A DNA stretch of 43,188 nucleotides from a virus: the IMG/VR virus record IMGVR_UViG_3300045988_081280; one strand, 5' to 3'. The position numbers and the translations under genes were made by a program. Shown here piece after piece: positions 17,051 to 26,614 of this stretch. Numbering within the stretch: position 1 is the stretch's first letter; each line of letters begins with the position of its first letter. The notes under the pieces were generated by a model. That model did no database searches. It worked only from the letters and a program-made list of their open reading frames with translations, and was not told the origin of the DNA.

Positions 17051-17274
17051 GCGGGCTAAAAAGCCCGGATGGCCGCCGGGGTTCGATTTGCGCCCACTTC
17101 GGCTGGTCGTTGGACTACCTTCTGCACGGCATACCCTGGGGCACCGTAGAAAGGATGATAATAGACGCCCCAAGCGTTGAGAACACAAAGGACGGCGGCA
17201 GGGTCGAGGTCGTAAAGGTAACAGAACAGAACGCCGCTGATATTTTACAAGCTATAAACAACTTAGAACGATGA
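17047..17274 (+). CDS. Second tail chaperone ORF (gpT-like portion), either frameshift-fused or GTG-initiated
   Basis: The -1 frame relative to 16469..17050 is open from 16840 to 17274. A GTGA start/stop overlap is at 17047..17050. No canonical XXXYYYZ heptamer was found. Confidence 0.45.
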   Translation: MSGLKSPDGRRGSICAHFGWSLDYLLHGIPWGTVERMIIDAPSVENTKDGGRVEVVKVTEQNAADILQAINNLER

Positions 17275-20200
17275 GCAAAATCGGAAGTCTTGAATTTGAG
17301 CTTTTGGCCCAAACCGGACAAATAGACAGCGCGCTGGAGGAAACAGGCGCGCGAATACAAGGCCTTTCTGACGTTTCGCAGAAAAGCGGAAAGAGTATGA
17401 AAGAAGCCTTTGAGAAAGCCGGCGACGACATTAACAAGACCTGGTCCCAGCTTGACGACATAGCCGCACGCCTTCAGACGCAGGCCCAGCAGCTTAAAAG
17501 CGAATACGCCTCAGTTCAGGAGGAGCTCAAGAAAATACAGGGCACCAACAACACCACCGTAACCCAGGAAGAAGTCTTTGAGTTGCGCCGGAAGGCCGCA
17601 GCCTTAAAGGAAGCGATGGAGATTAACAAGCAGGCAACGGCCACACTTGACGAACAGGCTGCAGCGCTTGCCAGGACGGAGGAAAAGATGGGTAAGATGG
17701 GGGAACAGAGCGCCAGAGCTTCGGAGGCTAACACCAGCTTACGCACGCAGCTGCGCAACGTTGTAGAACAACTTGCGGAGATGGAGCAGGCCGGATTGAG
17801 GGGAACGGAGGCGTACCAGAAGCTACAGAAGGAAGCCGGACGATTGAAGGATGCGATGGGGGACGCGCAGATGCAGGCGCAGATCCTTGCGCACGATAAC
17901 GCCGGGCTTCAGGGCGTTATTAGCGCCGTTTCAGGCGTTTCCGGAGCCTTCAGCGCAGCCCAGGGCGTTATCGGCCTTTTTGGCGCGGAAAACGAAAACC
18001 TGCAGAAAATTATGCTTCGCGTTCAGAGCCTTATGGGCATAACGATGGGCTTGCAGCAGGTTGCGAACACGCTAAACAAGGACAGCTATTTCTCCGTTGT
18101 AATACTTCAGAAGATACGGGAGAAATACAACGCTGAGATGGCTAAAAGCCCGGCAGTTATAGGAGCGGCCACGGTAGCGCAGACAGCGCAGACCGCAGCG
18201 GCCACAGCCGGCACCGTAGCAAATACGGGACTTGCCGGAGCCTTCAGGATGGTGGGCGCAGCCATTAAGAGCGTGCCGGTCTTCGGTTGGATAGCCGCAG
18301 CAGTAGCAGCCCTGGTGGGCGTTATATCCAAGTTCGTAAGCAAGGCAAAAGAAGCGAGGAAAGCGACGGAGGAACTACAGAAATCGGTGGCCAGCAACGC
18401 AGCGCCGGCCATTTCAGCCGTAAAGGAGCTTTCGGTGGCCTGGAACGCTTTGGGGAACGATATGGCCGCGAAGAAAAAATTTTTTGAGGAACACCGGGTT
18501 CAATTCAACAAGCTGGGCGTAGCGGTAAACGACGTAAACGAAGCGGAGACGCTTATGAAGAACAACGCAGCCGCCTACATTCAGGCGCAGATGGCCAAAG
18601 CGAAAGCGGACGCAGCGCGCACGCTTCAGCAGGAGAACCTGAAAAAAGCCCTTCAGCTTGAGCAGGAAATCGAAACAATGCCAGACACCACGACCGTAAC
18701 GCAAACTTCAAACTATGGCGTAGCAGGTACCTACACGGTTGAGAACACGGCCAAGACGAAGAAGAAAAAAGAGCTTGAGGAGTTGAATGCCATCATCGAA
18801 AAGGGCTACCAGGATGCCGCGAAATACGAGGAGGAGGGCCGCCGCCTGCTTGAGGAAGCGGGGCTTAAAGCTTCAGGAAGCGCAAGCGCAGGGAGTGGAT
18901 CCGGAACAGGCAAGACGACAGGAAGCAGCGGATCCGCGAAAGAAAAGGACTTTTCCGCAGAGCTGAACGAGAAAAAGAAGGCTTACGAGGACTTCAAGAA
19001 ATGGGCTACAAGCAGCGACAGCATCGTCCGGGAGGCCGCAAACCAGGAATATAGCGAGCTTCTGAAGGGCGGGGCCAATTACGTAGATTACCTTAAGAAC
19101 CTACGGGCCGAGCTAATAGCAGGGATGACAGGCGAAGGCAGCGAAGAACAGCGCTCCCAGCTTGCGGCTATCAACAACGCAATAGCGGAGGAAACGAAGG
19201 GCGCAGCTTTGGCGGAGTTCCGCGCGGGCCTTCAGGAGCAGCTGGACGGAGCAAATAGCATACTTGAGGTCCTCAATATCATACAGGAGCGCCGGCAGGA
19301 GTTGGAGGGAGACGACAGCGAGCTCGGCAAGAGCAAGGGCGAAGCGCTGGATGAGGCGGAGAGCGACGCGACGCAGCAACAGAAAGAGCAGACGGAAGAA
19401 CTACTAACCCAATACGCGGACTATTTGGACCAAAAAATCGAGCTTGCGCAGAAATACCAGGAGGATATGGCCCTGCTGGAAGCCGCCCTTACCCAGACAG
19501 AGGATGAGGAGGAAAAGAAGCGCATAGAAAGGGCGATGGAGAACCGCTCCAGGCTTTACGACCAGCAGAGCGGCGCGGACTACGAAGCCCTTATTTCCGA
19601 ATTTGGCAGCTTCGAGGAAAAGAAGGCACAAATAGAAGCGGAGTATGCAGAGAAGCGCAAGCAGGCCCAGATCTTAGCCGCAGAGACCGGAAACACGGCT
19701 ATCCTGGACGCTTTGGATAAGGCACAGGAAAAGGAAATTAGCAAGCTTGCGGCACAGACGCTCACGGCTTCAGAGAGCTGGTCCGAGCTTTTCGGCAACC
19801 TTGACGAATTGACGGCCACCCAGATAGAGGACCTTGTGGCTGAGATTGAGTCCCAATTCTCAAGCCTTTCCGGCACCTTCGACCCGGTGGACCTTCAGAC
19901 CGTAACCAACAAGCTGAATGAGGCTAAAAAGGTACTTGTAGAGGGCAACCCGTTCAAAGCGATGGGCCAGAGTATAAAGGCCATTTTCAACAGCGCGAGC
20001 AGCGACAGCAAGACCAGCGCGAAGGACATCAAAAAGAATTGGAAGCAGCTGGGCGAGAGTACGGCTGAATCCTTTGCTTTTGTAACAGACGCGATAAATA
20101 GCTGCGGCCCTTTGAAAGATGCTATCGGGGACGTTGGTGCTACCGCTATATCTTCGCTTGCAAGTACCGCAGCGGTAGCGGTAGGAGTAGCAGCGGCCAT

Positions 20201-21203
20201 TGATACAGCGGAAAAATCCTCTGTAATTCTGGCAATCATTCAGGCCGCATTAGTTGTAGTGAACGCCGTTGTGGACGTTATAAAGGCTATTTGCGGCAAC
20301 CTTGACAAGCAGATCGATGACCAGATAAAGGAGCACGAAAAGACAATTAACAGGCTTTCAAACGCCTATAACCAGCTATCCTGGGAGATAGACAGGGCGC
20401 TGGGCGAAGATTACTACAAGAAGCAGCAGGAGGCTATAAAAAACCTTCAGGAGCAAAACCGGCAGCTGCAGATCCAGGCGAACCTGGAAAAGCAGAAAAA
20501 GGACAGCGATAGCGAGAAGGTTGCCGACTACAACGAGAAGATGAAGCAGAATCTTCGCACCATTCAGGACACGATCGCTGAAATAACGGAGGAGATAACG
20601 CAGACCAACGCCAAAGACTTTGCCTCGCAGCTTGCGGACGGTATTACGGACCTTTTCGGGACCGGCTTAAGCCAGAGCAAGATCAGGCAGACGGCGGAAC
20701 AGGTTGCGAAGGAAGTAATGGCCAACGCGGTAAAAGCGGCCATTTCTAAACAGTTCCTTACGGTTCCACTTCAGCAGGCGCTCCAGCAGCTCCAGCAGGC
20801 TATGGGCTTCAGGGAGGACGGAACGGGCAGCTTTAACGGCTTGACGGAGATGGAGCAGCAGCAGTTCAAAGACAAGGTCAGCGCGATAGCCGCACAATAC
20901 GCAGAGGCTATGAAGGTTTACCAGGACTTATTTAAGGAGCTCGACGCGACGGACACCAGCACGCTGGCCGGAGCGATAGCCGGCGCAAGCCAGGAGAGCA
21001 TCGACCTGCTGGCCGGACAGACAAACGCGGTACGCGAAAACCAGGTTATAAGCATTGACATTCTGCGGGACCAGCTTATCCACCTGGCTAACATTGACGC
21101 CCGGATGGGAGAGGCAAACACCATTATTAGGGATATATACGACGAATTGCGCAGCTATTCCGGAATAAGCGAAGAACTCAGGGCCCAGGGCAAAACATAC
21201 TAA
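17271..21203 (+). CDS. Tape measure protein
   Basis: 1310 aa, coiled-coil rich, with hydrophobic Ala/Gly/Val segments in the middle. Confidence 0.9.
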   Translation: MSKIGSLEFELLAQTGQIDSALEETGARIQGLSDVSQKSGKSMKEAFEKAGDDINKTWSQLDDIAARLQTQAQQLKSEYASVQEELKKIQGTNNTTVTQEEVFELRRKAAALKEAMEINKQATATLDEQAAALARTEEKMGKMGEQSARASEANTSLRTQLRNVVEQLAEMEQAGLRGTEAYQKLQKEAGRLKDAMGDAQMQAQILAHDNAGLQGVISAVSGVSGAFSAAQGVIGLFGAENENLQKIMLRVQSLMGITMGLQQVANTLNKDSYFSVVILQKIREKYNAEMAKSPAVIGAATVAQTAQTAAATAGTVANTGLAGAFRMVGAAIKSVPVFGWIAAAVAALVGVISKFVSKAKEARKATEELQKSVASNAAPAISAVKELSVAWNALGNDMAAKKKFFEEHRVQFNKLGVAVNDVNEAETLMKNNAAAYIQAQMAKAKADAARTLQQENLKKALQLEQEIETMPDTTTVTQTSNYGVAGTYTVENTAKTKKKKELEELNAIIEKGYQDAAKYEEEGRRLLEEAGLKASGSASAGSGSGTGKTTGSSGSAKEKDFSAELNEKKKAYEDFKKWATSSDSIVREAANQEYSELLKGGANYVDYLKNLRAELIAGMTGEGSEEQRSQLAAINNAIAEETKGAALAEFRAGLQEQLDGANSILEVLNIIQERRQELEGDDSELGKSKGEALDEAESDATQQQKEQTEELLTQYADYLDQKIELAQKYQEDMALLEAALTQTEDEEEKKRIERAMENRSRLYDQQSGADYEALISEFGSFEEKKAQIEAEYAEKRKQAQILAAETGNTAILDALDKAQEKEISKLAAQTLTASESWSELFGNLDELTATQIEDLVAEIESQFSSLSGTFDPVDLQTVTNKLNEAKKVLVEGNPFKAMGQSIKAIFNSASSDSKTSAKDIKKNWKQLGESTAESFAFVTDAINSCGPLKDAIGDVGATAISSLASTAAVAVGVAAAIDTAEKSSVILAIIQAALVVVNAVVDVIKAICGNLDKQIDDQIKEHEKTINRLSNAYNQLSWEIDRALGEDYYKKQQEAIKNLQEQNRQLQIQANLEKQKKDSDSEKVADYNEKMKQNLRTIQDTIAEITEEITQTNAKDFASQLADGITDLFGTGLSQSKIRQTAEQVAKEVMANAVKAAISKQFLTVPLQQALQQLQQAMGFREDGTGSFNGLTEMEQQQFKDKVSAIAAQYAEAMKVYQDLFKELDATDTSTLAGAIAGASQESIDLLAGQTNAVRENQVISIDILRDQLIHLANIDARMGEANTIIRDIYDELRSYSGISEELRAQGKTY

Positions 21204-21215
21204 GAACGACGCTAT

Positions 21216-21731
21216 ATGAGCATTAACAGGGATATGGCAAAGGCCGCCGCAGCGGCGGGCATTTGCGCAGAGTGGCACGACAGGCTGCTCCATACTTCAG
21301 ACCTTCAGGGGCTTTCGGAAATGTTTTTTAACGGCATAGACTTTTGTATAAAGCGCAAGGTTCCGTCTATTGACTATTTACGGCAAATTGGCCCGGAAAC
21401 GCTTGAGCCGCTGGGCATATTTGTGGACGGCAAGCCGAACCTGGGCAATACCAGGCGCGCCGCCTTCTATGGCAGCTGCGAGGGTTACGCAGTTTACAGC
21501 GGCTACAGCACCGGCCAACTGTACTGCACCGGCCAGACCAGGCTCAGCGTAATAGCGCAGGGTAACGCGGTAGTAGTAATAGACGCTTTCGACAACAGCC
21601 TGCTGGCCGTAGAAGCCAGGGGAAACGCCCGTATTACGGTATTTCAGTACCAGGGCGCTACCGTAAATGCAATAACCGGAGAAAACGCCGGACAGGTTAA
21701 AATTATACGCAAAAACAAGAAAACATACTAA
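21216..21731 (+). CDS. Hypothetical tail-module protein
   Basis: 171 aa. The C-terminal half has repetitive beta-strand-like G-N-A-x-V/I segments. Confidence 0.55.
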   Translation: MSINRDMAKAAAAAGICAEWHDRLLHTSDLQGLSEMFFNGIDFCIKRKVPSIDYLRQIGPETLEPLGIFVDGKPNLGNTRRAAFYGSCEGYAVYSGYSTGQLYCTGQTRLSVIAQGNAVVVIDAFDNSLLAVEARGNARITVFQYQGATVNAITGENAGQVKIIRKNKKTY

Positions 21732-21733
21732 TT

Positions 21734-22948
21734 ATGGAACTTTCAGAGAACCTAATTTTTAATATGCCTTTCGACGAAAGCGCAGGATCCGTAAAGGCAT
21801 ACGACTACAGCAAGCTGAGGCACGATGCAACCATCATAGGCGCGGCAACCTTCGGCAGAGGAAGACAAGGCAACTGCATAGAGTTTTCAGGCGAAGGAAG
21901 CGCGGAGGTAGATGCGGATGTAATAAATCTTGCTTCAGACTTCACGCTGACGGCCTGGCTTAAGAGGCCGGCGCAGGAAGAAGGCTATATGGGCGCTAAA
22001 ATAGGCGTATTTTGCAACTGCGAGGGCGTGGACAACAGCCGCTCCCTTTGGGTTGATATAAACGCAGAAACCTGGGGCTATTGGGCTATAGTAAAGACCG
22101 GCACAACGGTGCGCGTCTATCTTGACAGCCAGCTGCGCGGAACGCTTGAGCTTCCGGGCAAACTTGCAGGGTTTTCCATTATTCAGGATATATACGGCAC
22201 CGAATATGGCGTTATTTCAATAGACGAAGTCCAGATCTATAACAAGGCGCTTAACGCGGATGAGATAGGAGACCTTCTCAGCCGCACGGTCACAAGCTTG
22301 CAATACTACATTAACGGCGTAAATTTCAGGAATTGGGACGTAAGGGTGAGCGACAGCAAAGGGCTGCTTGACAGGCCGGCGCTTAAGAAGCTTTACAGCG
22401 TTGAATGGCCGGACGAACACGGCGAAGTGGTAGATTTGAGCGGCAAACGGTTCGAAGCCCGCGAAATAACGCTTTCCTGCTTCATAAAGGCTAACAGTAA
22501 AATAGACTTCGTTACAAAGCTTAACGCCTTCCTTGAGCAGTTCAGCGCGGACGGCACACAGCGTCTGATGGTTGAGATACACCCGACGAAGCCCCTGGTT
22601 TTCGAGGTTTACCTGCCTAATTCGGTAGCCATAACAAAACGCTGGAACGACGCCCTTATGGTTGGGAGCTTTACCATAAAGCTCCGCGAGCCGCAACCGG
22701 TTAAGCGCGTAGTACGCCACCAGATGACCGGAGAGGAAAATTCGACCCTTGAAATAACGCTTACCTCCAGAAAGTTGCTGGCTATCCATTGGGGCGACGG
22801 AACAGCCGACTACGACATCAACGGCACCACGCGGACAATTTCGCACACATACAATGCACCGGGCATCTATTACGCGCTTATTGACGGAGTAATAGAACAG
22901 GTTACAGACTTCGAAACTAACGGCATCGTAGTATGGAGCAAATTATAA
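21734..22948 (+). CDS. Distal tail protein with an N-terminal LamG-like domain and a C-terminal PKD-like domain
   Basis: LamG-like segments are FTLTAWLKR and DEVQIYNKALNADEI. The central part looks like a siphovirus tail-family domain. The PKD-like segment is WGDGT...HTYNAPGIYY. Confidence 0.7.
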   Translation: MELSENLIFNMPFDESAGSVKAYDYSKLRHDATIIGAATFGRGRQGNCIEFSGEGSAEVDADVINLASDFTLTAWLKRPAQEEGYMGAKIGVFCNCEGVDNSRSLWVDINAETWGYWAIVKTGTTVRVYLDSQLRGTLELPGKLAGFSIIQDIYGTEYGVISIDEVQIYNKALNADEIGDLLSRTVTSLQYYINGVNFRNWDVRVSDSKGLLDRPALKKLYSVEWPDEHGEVVDLSGKRFEAREITLSCFIKANSKIDFVTKLNAFLEQFSADGTQRLMVEIHPTKPLVFEVYLPNSVAITKRWNDALMVGSFTIKLREPQPVKRVVRHQMTGEENSTLEITLTSRKLLAIHWGDGTADYDINGTTRTISHTYNAPGIYYALIDGVIEQVTDFETNGIVVWSKL

Positions 22949-25900
22949 TAAAACACCGGGACGGAGGGGAAATGCCGCTTTTCGCTTCCGGTACCCTTTC
23001 AACGGTAAGAAGCGCCAGCCAAAAGAAGGTCTTTTGCGGGGCGGACACTATAACCCTATCGGTGGAGAGTTGCGTGCCGCTTGACTTCAGGATCGGCGAC
23101 CAAATAACGGCATTTTCAGGCGAAACGTACACGCTTAACGCGCTGCCTCCGGTTAAAAAGACCGGGCCGCGCCGCTTCAGCTATAACCTTACCTTTGAGG
23201 GCCGGCAGTACGAGCTCGTGGACACACAATGGCTGCTGCCGGAAAAGACGGCTTTAGACAGCCTTACGGGGACTTTAGACACCTTCGTGGACCTGCTTAT
23301 CACCAACGCCAACAGAACAAGCCCAGGGCGCTGGAAAAAGGGCGTAACACCAAAAAGCGACACCGTTAAAACGCTTAGTTACGTAGGGCGTAACTGCCTG
23401 GACGTTATGTGGGACCTTTGCACGCAGTTCAACACGGAAGTAGATATTACGGAGGATCTGGGCACGCTTACAATCAACTTCCGAAGCGTTGGCAGCGTAT
23501 TCCCTTTTTTGTTTGAGTATGGCTCGCAAGGCGGACTTTACAGCATAGAGCGCAAGAGCGTAAGCGGCGCTAACATTATTACGCGCCTTTATTGCTACGG
23601 GGCAAACAAGAACATCCCGACGGATTACAGGTATAACAGGCTTTGTCTGCCGGATAAGAGCCGGAACGCCTCCTATATTGAGGATGCTGCAGCCGTTGAG
23701 CGTTACGGATTGAGGGAAGCCCGTAAAGAGTTTAACGATATTTTCCCGCAGCGCTACGGCAAAGTTACCGGCTTCGTCCAGGACGAGCCGCTGAGCTTCG
23801 AGGACGGAACGATGGACTTTGACCTCTGCGAAAAAGACCTTAAGGGCAACACATTGTGGATGCTTGACGGAACCGCCCCGAAGATTGAGTTTACAACGGG
23901 ACAGCTGGCCGGCTACAGCTTCGAAATAGTTAGCTACAATCACGCAAAAAAGAGGTTCAAAATAAAGAGCTTTACGGACGCTTCAGGCTTTGTCTTCCCG
24001 GATCCGAACAGCGCCGCCCGTTACTTTGACATTGGCGATACTTATTTCTTGACAGAAATCAAAGTGCCGCAGAGCTACATCGAAGAAGCGGAGGCGAAGC
24101 TGCAGGAGGAAGGGCTGGAAGCTTACGACACCAACAAAGCGCCGCAAGCTTCCTACAGCATTGAGATAGAAAAGAGCTTCCTGCAAAAGTTCGCAGAGGA
24201 CGGCACAGAAGCCGCGCTTTTCCTTCCGGGGGATTATTTGAAGATTGAGGATGCCGACCTCGGAGTGCAGCGAAATATCAGGATAAAAGAGCTAACAAGA
24301 GACCTTCTGGACCCGTACAGCTACAAATTAACGCTATCGGATGCAGAAGCCCGCGCGACCACCATAACGCGCGCAGTTTCGGACGTTCAGGAAATTAAGG
24401 AAATAATCCAGGCCAACGACTTGACGAACATAGCCAAAGCGCGGAGGAATTGGAGGGCGACACAGGACGTCCTCTCCGCCGTATTTGACCCGGACGGAAA
24501 CTACTACACGGAGAAAATAAAGCCGTTGAGCATTGAGACAACGATGCTGGCCGTAGGAGCGAAAAGCCAGCAGTTCACGCTGGCCGGCGTAAACTTCGAG
24601 CCGAACTATAACGGGGACGCAAATAGTATTGCTTCCAGCGCCGGAATATTGGCACATTTCGCAATAGAGGAAACAGTCAGATCCTGGAATATAGCCGCCG
24701 TTTCGATAAGCGCGCTGCAGGCCGAAAGCATATACTACGTTTACGCCAAATGCCAGAGGACGGGAGACGCGGGAATAATTGTAACAGACACGAAGCATAG
24801 GAAGGTGGACGAAGAAGCGAATTACTATTATTTCCTTGTAGGCACCCTTTCGTCGGTTATTGCAGATGAGGACGGCAGCCACGGAGCGAGGGTCCTGGCG
24901 CTTACTTACGGAAGCAGCACGGTAAACGGGCGCTTCATAAAGACCGGGCGGATCCAGAGCGCAGACGGAAAGACCTACTTCGACCTGGATGCCGGAGCGA
25001 TTGGCGGGCGCATCCTGTTCCTGGACGGCAAGACTATAGAAGAATTAGGCTATGACAACACCAAGACAGCCATAGACGGCGGCCTCGTAACTTCCGGAAC
25101 GCTTCAGGTAGCAGGAGAGGACGGCCAGGTGCTTGCGGGTATGACCGGCAAAGGTACAGGCTCGGCAGCGGTTCGCTATTGGGCCGGCAAGACCTTCGCG
25201 GAGAGAGAATCGGCACCATTCCGGGTGCTTCAGGACGGTACGGCACACCTTGAAAAGCTTATCGCATACGGTGCCAGGATAGAAAACAAGGTCGCTAATA
25301 AGTTCCAGCGTATAGAGATAGCAGGCAACGCAATAAAGGGAACCACAAAGGGAGAAACTGATCTGCTTATAACTAACGACGACAACCCTGGACTTTTCAA
25401 GCTTTCCGACACACCAGGAATGGAAGCGACTATTATCCAGCCTGAAGGCTTCGATCCGCCACTAACGGACGAATATAGGAACGCAGATCTTGAGCACGAA
25501 GCCCACTTCGAAGAAACGATTTTTAGCTATTACAACGCGGAAATCTTCAACTATAGCCTCGGTTACGTACCAGCTACCAGCGAAATAAAGTTTAATACTT
25601 TGCCAGATTTGAGCTGGGTCCCGCCTTTCTGGATTTCATTAGAGGACGGGCTGAACGAATACGGGCTGGCAAACGTAAGCAAGTGCACCGTAACGATGGA
25701 AGGACCCAAAATGTGGCTATACAAGGACGGAATACCATACTTATGCCTCGGTACAGGAAGCGGCTTTCTTAGCGGGGAATCGCAACTTTGCAACAATTTC
25801 AACTATTGGACAGGCGTAAACCTTATAAATTTCACCAGGACAGCCAACAGCATAACAGTACCAGAAGGCGGTGTATTCTCCCTTCGCGTAATTGTAGATC

Positions 25901-26250
25901 ATTTGCACGTACACGTAGATGCCCAAGACTATTACTATAGCTATCAAGAGGGTAACACATTCATAAACGGATTTAGCTACCCGGTAGATGACGGGGACGG
26001 AATTTATAACCCGTGGATGATGCTGAAGCTTGAAAACGGTTTACGTATTAGCGTAGTTTTACCGCCGGACTATAAGGGCCTCACCGGCTTTGCTTCCTTC
26101 CGGAACGGCTTTGTATATCGCAATACAAACGGCTTCGTCCGCTTCAGCGAAAGCGATTTTTACGTAAATATTGAGGGCGTTTGTCTCAAGATTGAGTCCG
26201 GAGGCATTAAAAAGAGCACCAACGGCGGAGCGACATGGACCGATTTATAA
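22933..26250 (+). CDS. Tail tip / host-specificity protein (Tal-like)
   Basis: 1105 aa, located after the Dit-like gene. Confidence 0.7.
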   Translation: MEQIIIKHRDGGEMPLFASGTLSTVRSASQKKVFCGADTITLSVESCVPLDFRIGDQITAFSGETYTLNALPPVKKTGPRRFSYNLTFEGRQYELVDTQWLLPEKTALDSLTGTLDTFVDLLITNANRTSPGRWKKGVTPKSDTVKTLSYVGRNCLDVMWDLCTQFNTEVDITEDLGTLTINFRSVGSVFPFLFEYGSQGGLYSIERKSVSGANIITRLYCYGANKNIPTDYRYNRLCLPDKSRNASYIEDAAAVERYGLREARKEFNDIFPQRYGKVTGFVQDEPLSFEDGTMDFDLCEKDLKGNTLWMLDGTAPKIEFTTGQLAGYSFEIVSYNHAKKRFKIKSFTDASGFVFPDPNSAARYFDIGDTYFLTEIKVPQSYIEEAEAKLQEEGLEAYDTNKAPQASYSIEIEKSFLQKFAEDGTEAALFLPGDYLKIEDADLGVQRNIRIKELTRDLLDPYSYKLTLSDAEARATTITRAVSDVQEIKEIIQANDLTNIAKARRNWRATQDVLSAVFDPDGNYYTEKIKPLSIETTMLAVGAKSQQFTLAGVNFEPNYNGDANSIASSAGILAHFAIEETVRSWNIAAVSISALQAESIYYVYAKCQRTGDAGIIVTDTKHRKVDEEANYYYFLVGTLSSVIADEDGSHGARVLALTYGSSTVNGRFIKTGRIQSADGKTYFDLDAGAIGGRILFLDGKTIEELGYDNTKTAIDGGLVTSGTLQVAGEDGQVLAGMTGKGTGSAAVRYWAGKTFAERESAPFRVLQDGTAHLEKLIAYGARIENKVANKFQRIEIAGNAIKGTTKGETDLLITNDDNPGLFKLSDTPGMEATIIQPEGFDPPLTDEYRNADLEHEAHFEETIFSYYNAEIFNYSLGYVPATSEIKFNTLPDLSWVPPFWISLEDGLNEYGLANVSKCTVTMEGPKMWLYKDGIPYLCLGTGSGFLSGESQLCNNFNYWTGVNLINFTRTANSITVPEGGVFSLRVIVDHLHVHVDAQDYYYSYQEGNTFINGFSYPVDDGDGIYNPWMMLKLENGLRISVVLPPDYKGLTGFASFRNGFVYRNTNGFVRFSESDFYVNIEGVCLKIESGGIKKSTNGGATWTDL

Positions 26251-26267
26251 TAAAGTTTTCAGAAGTT

Positions 26268-26300
26268 CGTATTAGTGTAATACGAAAATAGTTATTTTTG
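26268..26300 (+). promoter_or_regulatory. Palindrome CGTATTA-GTG-TAATACG (26268..26284) plus TATTTTTG -7 box (26293..26300)
   Basis: Read directly. It lies upstream of the two-gene unit that ends with the DGR target gene. Confidence 0.55.
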
Positions 26301-26321
26301 TTCAACCAAAACCAAAAGAGT

Positions 26322-26585
26322 ATGACAACACGAAGCGGAGAAATGGCCAGCGCGCAAATAGGCGTTATTGGCGAAATTACCGGACTTTCGGAAGGCAACT
26401 TCAGGAAGGAAGTAGGCTTTAACATCAAGAATGACGGCGAAAGCGCGGTTATTCTTGAATTGAATTTGTGGGGTATGCAGCCCGGCGAGTTTGTAAAGAC
26501 CAGGATAGACACCGGATGGAACCCGGAGATCGTAAGGGAAATAAGGCAGACTTCCGAGGCGCTTAACCTCAAATTCGGCTATTAA
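26322..26585 (+). CDS. Small hypothetical protein upstream of the DGR target gene
   Basis: The ATG at 26322 is preferred to the TTG at 26298, which lies inside the -7 box. Confidence 0.55.
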   Translation: MTTRSGEMASAQIGVIGEITGLSEGNFRKEVGFNIKNDGESAVILELNLWGMQPGEFVKTRIDTGWNPEIVREIRQTSEALNLKFGY

Positions 26586-26614
26586 CAGGAGTTTAACCCT
26601 AAAAACAGAGTATT

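Noticed and set aside
26084-26096. Third DGR target: a 13-nt match (ccggctttgcttc) to the VR IMH inside the 1105-aa tail protein gene
   Set aside because: There is no TR homology upstream of the 13-mer and the GC-rich cggctc part of the IMH is missing. This is most likely a chance or relic match. It would only be worth checking in read-level variation data.
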